In this document: positions 9,477-18,199 of the stretch, one piece after another
How the letters are laid out: each line of letters starts with the position of its first letter
How positions within the stretch are numbered: the stretch's first letter is position 1
Assembly: GCA_965250285.1 (NCBI GenBank)
Contig: OZ252299.1
Coordinates: forward strand, 5,536,001 to 5,600,000
Direction: 5' to 3'
Length of the DNA stretch: 64,000 nucleotides
DNA from: Myxococcota bacterium
Lineage (GTDB): Bacteria; Myxococcota_A; UBA9160; UBA4427
The notes under the pieces: model-generated
What the model saw: the letters and a program-made list of their open reading frames with translations, nothing else
Told to the model about the DNA's origin: nothing
Database searches by the model: none
Made by a program: the position numbers and the translations under genes

Positions 9477-9591
9477 TCCGCCGCGGGCATGGCTCCGCCG
9501 CGGCTGTCACTCCGCCGCGGCTCGGTCACTCCGCTGCGGCTGCTACTCCGCTGCGGTGGTTACTCCGCCGCGGCTGCTATTCCGCCGCGGC
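9477..9591 (-). repeat. About 6-7 x 17-bp tandem repeat of the last codons plus stop of the flavoprotein gene
   Basis: The minus-strand unit GCCGC(G/A)GCGGA(G/A)+stop has stops at 9577, 9560, 9543, 9526 and 9507. Confidence 0.9.
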
Positions 9592-11031
9592 GCTGCGACC
9601 CGCGCGGCGGCCGAAGTAGGTCGACTCGCCGATGCAGGTGCCGCTCGAGTAGCCCGTGCCATCCTGGGCGATGTTGGCGGCGCAGGCCCCGACGACGTAG
9701 AGGCCGTCGATCGTCGAATCGTCTGCGCGCTGGGCGTGGCCATCGATGTCGCACTTGAGGCCGCCGAGCGCGAAGCCGACCCAGAACCCCTCGCCGACGT
9801 TCGCACAGAGGGCGGCGAACGGCGCCTTCTCGAGCGGGCGCATCCACTTCGCGCCCTTGTGGAACTCGGTGTCGTCGCCGGTGACGGCCGCTTCGTTGTA
9901 CTTGCGCATGGTCTCGACGAGGTTGCCCTCGGGCATGCCGAGATCCTTCTCCATCTCTTCGAAGCTCTCCCACACGTCGACGACCTCGTAGCCGCCGTAC
10001 ATCGGGCGATCGAAGATCGACTCATCGACGATCATGTAGGCGATGCCGTCGGGCTGGTCGGTGGTCAGGATGCTCGAGCGCGAGTGATACGAGTCTTCGG
10101 CGACATAGCGCTTGCCGAGCTTGTTCACGAGCACGCCGAAGAGCAGCGTCTGCGGCGGATAGAAGGGGCTCGTGATCAGCGCGCCGTCCATGTGGCGCAG
10201 CACCCCGCCGGCGGCCTCGCCCATCTTGTGGGCGGCGCCGTCGCAGAAGGGCGTGTGCTGCTTGGTAATGCGCTCGTCGGCCAGCTTCGGCGTGTACTTC
10301 TTCAGCATCTCGGGGTCGCCGGTGTAGTGACCCGCCGCGAGGATCACGGCCTTGTTCGCCTTGATCGTGTGGTCGGCCCCGTCCTTCTTGTACTGCACAC
10401 CCACGATGCGGTCGCCGTCGCGGACGAGCTGCTGCGCCGCCGCGTCGGTCACGATATCGACGCCGAGCTCCTTGACCTTGGCGATCAATACTTCCATCAG
10501 CTTCGCGCCGCCGCCCTCACCGGGCTCGGCCACCTTGTGGCCGCGCGGGGCCGGCTTGGCCTTCTCGCGGTAGGGCCAGACCTCTTCGTTGCCCGACCAG
10601 ATCAGGCAATCGTCGGTCATCTGCAGGACGTCCTTCTCCTTCACCATGGTGTCGGTGAAGGGCACACCCTGCTCGACCAGCCAGTCGAAGTGCGAGACGC
10701 TCTCGTCGCAGTAGGCGCGAATCTTGTTCTCTTCGGGCTCGGGCGTGACCGCGAGGAGGTACTGGTACATGTCCTCGACGTCGTCCTCGATGCCGACGGC
10801 CTTCTGCACGCGCGTCCCGCCACCGAGGTAGAAGTGGCCGCCGGCGTTCGACGTGAGACCGCCGCCTCCGCTCGCGCGCTCGAGCACCGTGACCTTCGCG
10901 CCGGCACGTTGCGCCTCGATCGCGGCGCACGAGCCTCCGGCGCCGAGACCGACGATCACCACGTCGGCTTCACTGTCGAAGCTCGAGACGTCCGAAGCGG
11001 GAATGACGCCGTAGGAAGATGCGTTGGCCAT
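9577..11031 (-). CDS. FAD-binding oxidoreductase (fumarate reductase/3-ketosteroid dehydrogenase-like)
   Basis: DVVIVGLGAGG, VILAAG, LGGL, IDGLYVVG and GYSSGTCIG...FGRRAG motifs. Confidence 0.88.
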   Translation of the reverse strand: MANASSYGVIPASDVSSFDSEADVVIVGLGAGGSCAAIEAQRAGAKVTVLERASGGGGLTSNAGGHFYLGGGTRVQKAVGIEDDVEDMYQYLLAVTPEPEENKIRAYCDESVSHFDWLVEQGVPFTDTMVKEKDVLQMTDDCLIWSGNEEVWPYREKAKPAPRGHKVAEPGEGGGAKLMEVLIAKVKELGVDIVTDAAAQQLVRDGDRIVGVQYKKDGADHTIKANKAVILAAGHYTGDPEMLKKYTPKLADERITKQHTPFCDGAAHKMGEAAGGVLRHMDGALITSPFYPPQTLLFGVLVNKLGKRYVAEDSYHSRSSILTTDQPDGIAYMIVDESIFDRPMYGGYEVVDVWESFEEMEKDLGMPEGNLVETMRKYNEAAVTGDDTEFHKGAKWMRPLEKAPFAALCANVGEGFWVGFALGGLKCDIDGHAQRADDSTIDGLYVVGACAANIAQDGTGYSSGTCIGESTYFGRRAGRSAAAE

Positions 11032-11239
11032 CGAAGAGAATCCTGTTCGTGTGCTGGTTCCGATGTGCGGAAGCGGGCTGGATGGGGCGCGAAATCAAGC
11101 GCGCGGGCAGCGAGTTTATCACACGGTCGATCGCGCCCGGACGCCACGCGCGCCGCTCGCGGCCGGCCGATGTGGACGTAGGGGGGGAGCCCTCGCGAAG
11201 CTGGACAACCCGACTTCCGTCGCGGCTAAGGCACCGGCT

Positions 11240-12196
11240 TCAGCGCCACGCGTCGATCCGGCTCAGCACCGCTTCGGCCTCGGCGGCGACGCGACGAACG
11301 ATGTCACCCGCCGGCTCGAGGTCGTGGATCGCCCCCACCCCCTGTCCCGCCGGCATGCACGTTCGACTCGGGTCGGTCATGTCGTCGTCCATGAAGCCGA
11401 GCAGGCCATCGGCCGTCGACTGTCCCATCTGCTCGGGGAAGGGCAGGGCCTGCTCGCCCGATCGTTCCTTCTTCTCGACGTACTCGTTGGTCAGCACGCG
11501 CATCGGTTTGCCCGAGTAGAACCGCGTGATCGCCGTCTCGTGTCCGCCGCAGTCGCGTAGCCGCTGCTTGTACGTCTGGCCGGCGCGCGCCTCGGGCGTG
11601 GCGATGAAGCGCGTCCCCATCCAGCAAGCCTGGGCGCCGAGCGTCAGCGCAGCCGCGAGGCCGCGGCCGTCGACGATCGAGCCGGCGCCGATCACGGGGA
11701 TGTCGACCGCATCGACGACCTGAGGGATCAACGCCATGCCGGCGATGCGCCCCGTGTGGCCGCCGGCCTCGGTGCCCTGGGCGATCACGGCGTCGCAGCC
11801 CGCGTCCTCGGCGGCCCGCGCGTGCGAGACCTTGCCGATCACGGCCATGACCTTGAGCCCCGCGTCGTGGCAACGCTCGACCAGCGGGCCGGCGACGCCG
11901 AGCCCCGTGATGAACGACGACGCCCCTTCTTCGATGATCGTGTCGATGCAGGCGAGCATCGTGTCGGGCAGGGCGGCCAGCATGTCGACGCCGAACGGGC
12001 CGTCGGTGAGCGCGCGCGTCCGGCGCATCTCGGCGCGGATCATCTCGGGGTCGCCGACGGCCATGCCGAGCGTGCCGTAGCCGCCGGCGTTGGTGACCGC
12101 GGCGCACAGCTCGGCGTACGCGACCTCGCCCATGCCGGCGAGGAAGACCGGGTGCTCGATGTCGAAGAGGTCGCAGACAGGGGTGCGCAGGGGCAT
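11240..12196 (-). CDS. Nitronate monooxygenase / FabK-like flavoenzyme
   Basis: LAGMG, AQGTEAGGHTG, GAGSIVDGRG and MGTRF motifs. Confidence 0.9.
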   Translation of the reverse strand: MPLRTPVCDLFDIEHPVFLAGMGEVAYAELCAAVTNAGGYGTLGMAVGDPEMIRAEMRRTRALTDGPFGVDMLAALPDTMLACIDTIIEEGASSFITGLGVAGPLVERCHDAGLKVMAVIGKVSHARAAEDAGCDAVIAQGTEAGGHTGRIAGMALIPQVVDAVDIPVIGAGSIVDGRGLAAALTLGAQACWMGTRFIATPEARAGQTYKQRLRDCGGHETAITRFYSGKPMRVLTNEYVEKKERSGEQALPFPEQMGQSTADGLLGFMDDDMTDPSRTCMPAGQGVGAIHDLEPAGDIVRRVAAEAEAVLSRIDAWR

Positions 12197-12398
12197 GCAG
12201 TCTCCTGGGATCGGCCGCGGGCGGCAGGCCCGCGGTCGAATCGGCCGGTTCGGCGGCGTTTGATGTGGGCGCGCGCGTCGCTTACGCTTCGGGACACTAT
12301 CTCACGAACGCATTCGAATCGTGAAGGTTCGCGCGGCGGCGCCGGGCGAGGGGGCGACCCCCGTCCAGGCTGAACCCGCGCCAGCGAGGATCCCCATC

Positions 12399-13880
12399 GT
12401 GACGACGAGCAATGAAGACAGAGCGCCGGTGATCATCGGCATTGGTCAGGTGCTGCAGCGCGTGGACGACCCGGCCCAGGGCGTCGAGCCGCTCGAGCTC
12501 ATGGCCCAGGCCCTCGAGGCCGCCGCCGACGACTGCGGCGCGAAGGACATCCTGGCGCAGGTCGACGACGTGCGCGTGATTCGCGGTGTCTGGGGCTATG
12601 GCGACCCGGCGCGCGAGCTGACGAAGCGCTTCGGTGCGCCCGACGCGACGACGGTCGGCAGCCTCTACGGCGGCAACACGGTGCAGCAGTGCGTGAACGA
12701 TGCCGCACAGCTGATCCTCGCCGGCGAGCGCGAGATCGTCTGGATGGCCGGCGGTGAGAACGGCCGCAGCCATGCCGCGGCCAAGCGTCTGGGCGCCGAG
12801 ATCCCGGCCGTCGAGGCGCCCGGTGTGCCCGACCGCCTGCTGCCCGGCAGCGCCGACATGCACCACGCCGCCGAGAAGGACATCAAGCTCTTCTCGCCCG
12901 TCGCTCAGTACGCGCTCTACGAGTCGGCGCTGCGCCACGCCAACGGCGAATCGCTCGAGGCGCACCGAGCGCGCATCGCCGAGCTGTGGGCGGGCTTCAG
13001 CCAGGTGGCGAAGGAGAACCCGAACGCCTGGCTGCGCGAGGGCTACACGGCCGAAGAGGTCGGCGGCGTCGGCGACGACAATCCGATGATCGCGGTGCCG
13101 TACCCGCGGCGCATGAACGCGAACAACCGCGTCGACATGGGCGGTGCGTTGATCCTCACGTCGGCGGGTCGCGCGCGCGAGCTCGGCGTGCCCGAAGACA
13201 AGTGGGTGTACGTGCACTCGGGCACCGATGCGAGCGACATCCTGACCTCGAGTGAGCGCTGGCTGCTCAACGAGTCGCCCGCGATGCGGATCGGCGGTCG
13301 TCGCGCGCTCGAGCTCGCGGGGCTCACCCCCGACGAGGTCGATCACGTCGACCTCTACAGCTGCTTTCCGTCGGCGGTGCAGATCGCGGCGCAGGAGATC
13401 GGGATCGGCTTCGACCGCCCGCTGACCGTGACGGGTGGCCTGACCTTCGGCGGTGGACCGCTCAACAACTACGTCATGCACTCGGTCGCGCGGATGGTCG
13501 AGGTGCTGCGTGCCGACCGCGGCGCGAAGGGGTTCGTCACGGGCAACGGTGGCTACCTGTCGAAGCACGCGTTCGGCGTGTACTCAACCGAGCCGCCCGC
13601 GAATGGCTTCGCCTACGAGGACGTGCAGGCCGAGGTCGATGCGGCGGCGAGCAAGCGCAAGGTCGAGATGAACTACGTCGGGCCCGTCGAGATCGAAGCG
13701 TTCACCTCGGTCTTCGCCGACGGCCAGCCAGCGCACGGGTTCATCGCCGGGCGCACGCCCGACCAGGCGCGCGCGTGGTGTCGCGTCGAAGATGCCGAAA
13801 CGCTCGCGATCATGGTCGAAGAAGATCTCTGCGGTCGCACGGCGCGATTCGAGGGCGAAGGTCGGATCACGCTCGACTGA
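12399..13880 (+). CDS. Thiolase-like acetyl-CoA acetyltransferase
   Basis: PVIIGIGQ, DLYSCFPSAV, LTVTGGLTFGGGPLNNYVMH and GNGGYLSKH motifs. Start uncertain. Confidence 0.85.
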   Translation: MTTSNEDRAPVIIGIGQVLQRVDDPAQGVEPLELMAQALEAAADDCGAKDILAQVDDVRVIRGVWGYGDPARELTKRFGAPDATTVGSLYGGNTVQQCVNDAAQLILAGEREIVWMAGGENGRSHAAAKRLGAEIPAVEAPGVPDRLLPGSADMHHAAEKDIKLFSPVAQYALYESALRHANGESLEAHRARIAELWAGFSQVAKENPNAWLREGYTAEEVGGVGDDNPMIAVPYPRRMNANNRVDMGGALILTSAGRARELGVPEDKWVYVHSGTDASDILTSSERWLLNESPAMRIGGRRALELAGLTPDEVDHVDLYSCFPSAVQIAAQEIGIGFDRPLTVTGGLTFGGGPLNNYVMHSVARMVEVLRADRGAKGFVTGNGGYLSKHAFGVYSTEPPANGFAYEDVQAEVDAAASKRKVEMNYVGPVEIEAFTSVFADGQPAHGFIAGRTPDQARAWCRVEDAETLAIMVEEDLCGRTARFEGEGRITLD

Positions 13881-14241
13881 GGCGCCGGCTTGGCCCCCGG
13901 CCGGTCGGCTTCGGCCCTGCATGTCGGGATGACCCCGGCAACGTGAACGTGCCGCGGAATTTGCGTGGCGCGGCGGCGTCGAACCCGCTGTGCTTGCGCA
14001 TGTGCGCCCTAGAACCGATTCGAGGCGCGACGCAGCATTCCGAGGCGTGGCGGAACCGGTGCCGCTGTCGTTGCATCTCAAAGAAGCGGCGACGATGCTG
14101 CGCGGCACGTCGGGCGTCGTTCGAGTGAGTTTCGGACGCCCGAGTCGGCCCTGCGCAGACCGCCCCCCGACGTCGCCTCGAGGGCCCGCTCGGGCTCAGA
14201 TGTGCCTCGTCCGCCCCAGGAGCCCTCTCGTGGCCCAACGC

Positions 14242-15186
14242 ATGTCATCGACGCGCCCGCCGACGCACCGCGCCGGCAAGAGCGCTCCCGTGGCCAAGAA
14301 GGCCCGGGCGAAGGCAGCCGTGGCGCGCGGGCGTCAGACCCTCGAGAACCTGTGGGAACGCTCGACGGGCGCTCGCGCCGCCCTGCCGGCCCACCCCGAC
14401 TTCGTGCCCCATTTGTGCTTGGTTCGGACGCCCCGACTGCCGATACCTCCGAAGACCATGGGCCGCGAGATCACCGTCGCCAGCTACAACGTCCACCGCT
14501 GGACGGGCATGAACGGTCGGGCGAAGCCCGATCCGGCGCGGGCGTGCTTCGTGATCAGCGAGATGGATTTCGACGTGATCGCCCTGCAAGAGGTGATCCG
14601 CCCCTACGAAGGCGAAGAGGATCCGCTCGAGCGTCTCTGCGACGAGCTCGGCCTGCACCTCGCCTTCGCCGTGTCTCGGCTGCACCGCTACGGCCAGCTC
14701 GGCAACGCGATCCTGTCGCGGTTCCCCATCAGCGGCATCTCGGTGCTCGACATCTCGCACTCGCGGCTCGAACAGCGCAGTGCGCTCGCCGCGCAGTTTC
14801 ATGGCCCGGCCGGCAACCTCGGCGTCGTCGCGACGCACCTCTCGCTCGTCGACCGCACCCGGCACCGACAGGTGCAGGCGCTGCTCGAGCATCCGCAGCT
14901 GAACGCGGGGCCGGCGGTGCTGGTCGGCGATCTCAATGCCTGGCGCAAGTGCAGGGCCAGTCGTTCACTCGAAGAAGAGCTGCATCGGCACAACAACGTC
15001 GAATGGCCGGCGACCTTCCCGGCGGCCCGCCCGCTGCTCGCGCTCGACCGCATCTATGCGCGCGGCGCCGACGTGATGGAGGTGTCGACGCACGACACGC
15101 GCGCCGCACGTCGAGCGAGCGACCACCTGCCGGTGGCCGCCCGCGTCGAGGTCAAGGAAGCGCCCGCACTCGTCTACAAGGACTGA
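14242..15186 (+). CDS. Endonuclease/exonuclease/phosphatase family protein
   Basis: ASYNVH, IALQEV, GNAILSR, GDLN, LDRI and SDHLP motifs. Start uncertain. Confidence 0.88.
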   Translation: MSSTRPPTHRAGKSAPVAKKARAKAAVARGRQTLENLWERSTGARAALPAHPDFVPHLCLVRTPRLPIPPKTMGREITVASYNVHRWTGMNGRAKPDPARACFVISEMDFDVIALQEVIRPYEGEEDPLERLCDELGLHLAFAVSRLHRYGQLGNAILSRFPISGISVLDISHSRLEQRSALAAQFHGPAGNLGVVATHLSLVDRTRHRQVQALLEHPQLNAGPAVLVGDLNAWRKCRASRSLEEELHRHNNVEWPATFPAARPLLALDRIYARGADVMEVSTHDTRAARRASDHLPVAARVEVKEAPALVYKD

Positions 15187-15270
15187 GTCGCCCGCGCGCT
15201 CGTGCGCCCATCCGCGCCTCGCGCCGCTGGGCACCCCCTCTCCCCGTTTCGCACCCCCGCGGCCACCCCG

Positions 15271-16653
15271 TCAGATCTGGATCGATCGCCAGGCGCCCGA
15301 CCGAAAGCGCCAACGCAGCAACCCGGCGAGCGCCACGATGTAGACGCTGCCCCCGATCCACGCCCAGAAGAGTCCGCCCTCGTAGTGCACGCCCAGCAGC
15401 CAGGCGAGGGGCACGAAGAGTGCCCACGCCAGCAGGAAGCGCATGAGGAACGGCGTCGAGGTGTCGCCGGCGCCGCGCAGCGCGCCGTCGGTCACGATCG
15501 CCCAGGCGTCGAAGAGCTGAAAGAACGCGCCGATCGCGAGCAGCGGGCCGCCGAGCCGAAGCACGTCGGTGTCGGTGGTGAAGAGCGAGATCAGCAGACC
15601 CGGCGCTGTCAGGAAGAGCGCCGCGATGCCACCGCCGAGCAGCGTCGCGAGCCACATCCCCGACGCGTAGCTCTTCCACACCGCGGGCTCCTCGCGGCTG
15701 CCGATGTAGCGCCCGACGAGCGTCGACACGGCGATGCCGATGCCCGAAGCCTGCATGAACGAGAGCGAGAGCAGGCTGATGAACGCCTGGCTCGCCGCCA
15801 TCTGGGCATCGCCCATGCGCGCGACGAAGAGCAGGAACACCGCGAACGACAGCATCTCGAGCAGCCACTGCGCGCCGATCGGCAGACCCGTGCGGATCAG
15901 CCGCCGGATGCGACCGAGGTCGGGCACCGCCGGCCGCGTGCCGTAGCGCTCGCGCATGCTGCGCCGCGTGAACACCAGCACGAACACGAGGGTGCCGAGC
16001 CACTGGGCGATCGAGGTCGCGAGTCCGGCGCCGACGACACCCATCTCGGGCATGCCGAGCTCGCCGAAGATCAGCGCGTAGTCGAGCACGACGTTGCAGA
16101 CGACCGAGAACGCGATGATCCACAGCGGCGTGCGGGTATCGCCGAGGCCGCGGAAGAACGACGAGAACACCATGTTCGCGACGTCGGCGGGCACGCCGAA
16201 CGCGCGCATCGACATGTAGGCCGCGGCGAAGGGCGCCATCGTCGGGCCCGGATCGAGCCACGCGATGACTTGATCGACGCCGAGGTAGAGTGTGGCGCCG
16301 AAAGCGGCCGTGACGGGCACGATGGTGCCGAGCCACTGCCAGGCCCAGACGCCGCAGTCACTGGCTTCGCCGGCGCCGTCGGCTTGCGACACGAAGGTCT
16401 GCACGACGGTCGCCGCGCCCATCCAGAAGCAGATGAGGGTCCACGTCCAGATGCCGCCGAACCCGACGGCGCCGAGCTCGGTGGCGCCGAGGCGGCCGAC
16501 GAACATGCTGTCGATCACGCCCATCAGCGTCACCGAGAGCTGGGTGGCGACGACGGGCAGCGCGAGCACGACGACTTCGCGCATGCCGCCGCGCCCATTC
16601 AGCAGGGCGTCTGCGCGCGTGTCGATCGATCGCGTATCGAGGGGATGGGACAT
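15271..16653 (-). CDS. MATE family efflux transporter
   Basis: LALP, FVGRLG, RGLGDTRTPL, PEMGVVGAGLATS and GALRGAGD motifs. About 12 hydrophobic segments. Confidence 0.93.
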   Translation of the reverse strand: MSHPLDTRSIDTRADALLNGRGGMREVVVLALPVVATQLSVTLMGVIDSMFVGRLGATELGAVGFGGIWTWTLICFWMGAATVVQTFVSQADGAGEASDCGVWAWQWLGTIVPVTAAFGATLYLGVDQVIAWLDPGPTMAPFAAAYMSMRAFGVPADVANMVFSSFFRGLGDTRTPLWIIAFSVVCNVVLDYALIFGELGMPEMGVVGAGLATSIAQWLGTLVFVLVFTRRSMRERYGTRPAVPDLGRIRRLIRTGLPIGAQWLLEMLSFAVFLLFVARMGDAQMAASQAFISLLSLSFMQASGIGIAVSTLVGRYIGSREEPAVWKSYASGMWLATLLGGGIAALFLTAPGLLISLFTTDTDVLRLGGPLLAIGAFFQLFDAWAIVTDGALRGAGDTSTPFLMRFLLAWALFVPLAWLLGVHYEGGLFWAWIGGSVYIVALAGLLRWRFRSGAWRSIQI

Positions 16654-16656
16654 GAA

Positions 16657-16724
16657 GAGCTCCAGAGTTCTCGGTCTTTCGTTCGGGGCGTCTCGCTCGC
16701 CCCGATCGACCGGCTCAGGAGCTC
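16657..16724 (-). promoter_or_regulatory. Long hairpin sequestering the MATE Shine-Dalgarno sequence
   Basis: Nested inverted repeats GAGCTCC/GGAGCTC, CGGTC/GACCG and TCGGGGCG/CGCCCCGA. The 3' arm on the mRNA contains the GGAG just upstream of the ATG. Confidence 0.65.
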
Positions 16725-16728
16725 GGGG

Positions 16729-16863
16729 TCATGGGGCGGATGCTTCCGGCGTGCGCTCGCCAAGCGGCCTGGCGCAGGGCTTCGCGGGAACGACGACGAA
16801 CGTCGTGCCAGCGGTCCAGTTCGCGGCCGGCCGGGCGGGCTTGTGGTTGGGGATGGAATTCAT
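16729..16863 (-). CDS. Putative 44-aa leader peptide (MNSIPNHKPARPAANWTAGTTFVVVPAKPCARPLGERTPEASAP)
   Basis: GGAG lies 8 nt before the ATG. The stop lies 4 nt before the hairpin's 5' arm. Confidence 0.45.
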   Translation of the reverse strand: MNSIPNHKPARPAANWTAGTTFVVVPAKPCARPLGERTPEASAP

Positions 16864-16942
16864 CCGGAAGGCTCCCATGAATGGCGGGAGGGTACACCGC
16901 TTCGCGGCGACGGCAATCGGCGGACGCCCGGTTCTCGTCGGT

Positions 16943-16981
16943 CGAACCCGAACCCGAACCCGAACCCGAACCCGAACCCGA
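16943..16981. repeat. Simple sequence repeat (CGAACC) x 6.5
   Basis: Perfect hexamer run in the divergent intergenic region. Confidence 0.95.
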
Positions 16982-17042
16982 CGCCGCCGCCGCACCCGTC
17001 GGGTGTATGATTGGAATCGGCGGAGCGGCCCGGCTTGACGCG

Positions 17043-17591
17043 ATGCGCGACGACCGGGCCGGCTCGCCGATCGAGCAAACGCCCGGCGCACCCGGCCCTG
17101 GCCGTGAAGCGCCCGAGGAACCCGTCGTGTCGGACGATCGAGAGAAGCTCAGCTATTCGGAGCGCGACCGGCTGCGCCAGGAGCGCGCCAAGGGGTATGA
17201 CACACCGCGGGGTCGCGGCGGACGCCAGCGCCAGACCCAGGCTCGAGACGCCGCGCTCAAACAGGCCGAGTCGATCTTCTCCGAAGAGGGGAAGGGCGAG
17301 CGCGGCGACGAGCTGGCCAAGGCGGTGCGCGCAGCGCACGGCACGGCCGAGCTGCCCGAAGCCTGCCATGCCTTCGTGGCCGAGTTCGGGCTGCCGAAGA
17401 GCGTCGACCTGCTTCAGGTCTTCATCGACACGTCGGACGCCACGTTGATCGTGCCCGCACTCGAAGCGTTGCTCTCGCGCAAAGAGGCGGGGGAGCTCGA
17501 GATCAGCTCGGGACTGCGCAGTCAGCTGCGCATCCTCGCCGAGGATCCCGACGACGACATCGCCGGTCTCTCCGAAGATCTGCTCGACTGA
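17043..17591 (+). CDS. Hypothetical protein
   Basis: Coding-like GC3 bias and a helical C-terminal domain. No family recognised and the start is uncertain. Confidence 0.7.
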   Translation: MRDDRAGSPIEQTPGAPGPGREAPEEPVVSDDREKLSYSERDRLRQERAKGYDTPRGRGGRQRQTQARDAALKQAESIFSEEGKGERGDELAKAVRAAHGTAELPEACHAFVAEFGLPKSVDLLQVFIDTSDATLIVPALEALLSRKEAGELEISSGLRSQLRILAEDPDDDIAGLSEDLLD

Positions 17592-17718
17592 CCGACGCGA
17601 AATCGACGCCCTGAATCCGCGCCCTAGTTCCACGCTCTGATTTCACGCCTGGGGGCGCTCGTGCGGGCGTGCGCCTCGTCCCCCGCGGCGTGCGGCCCGA
17701 GGTGTTACCCTCCGCTGC

Positions 17719-18156
17719 ATGGCGCACGAGATCGAAAAGGCTGCTCTGGCCGCGTACCTCGAGCAGCACAATCTCAAGCACACGCGACAGCGCGACCTGA
17801 TTCTGGTCGCGTTCCTCGAAGCGACCGGTCACATCACGAGCGAGCAGCTGCATCAGCAGATTCGTGAGCGCGACCCGTCGATCGGCTACACGACCGTCTA
17901 CCGGACGCTCAAGCTGCTCGTCGACGCCGGGCTGGCGCAGGCGCGCCACTTCGACGACGGCATCACGCGCTACGAGATCGAGCACGAGCACCACGACCAC
18001 CTCGTGTGCACGCGCTGCGGCAAGATCGAAGAGTTCGAGTGCCAGATGATCGAGTCGGCCCAGAACGACATCGCGAAGAAGTACAACTTCCAGGTGCTGC
18101 GCCATCGCCACGAGCTCTACGGGCTGTGCCCCGATTGTCAGGATCCGAAGAGCTGA
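17719..18156 (+). CDS. fur: Fur family transcriptional regulator
   Basis: TRQR, TVYRTLKLL, HHDHLVCTRCG and YGLCPDC motifs. Confidence 0.93.
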   Translation: MAHEIEKAALAAYLEQHNLKHTRQRDLILVAFLEATGHITSEQLHQQIRERDPSIGYTTVYRTLKLLVDAGLAQARHFDDGITRYEIEHEHHDHLVCTRCGKIEEFECQMIESAQNDIAKKYNFQVLRHRHELYGLCPDCQDPKS

Positions 18157-18199
18157 GCGCGCGTCCGTGCGGCCCGGACATCCCGCAACCCGAAGCAAG

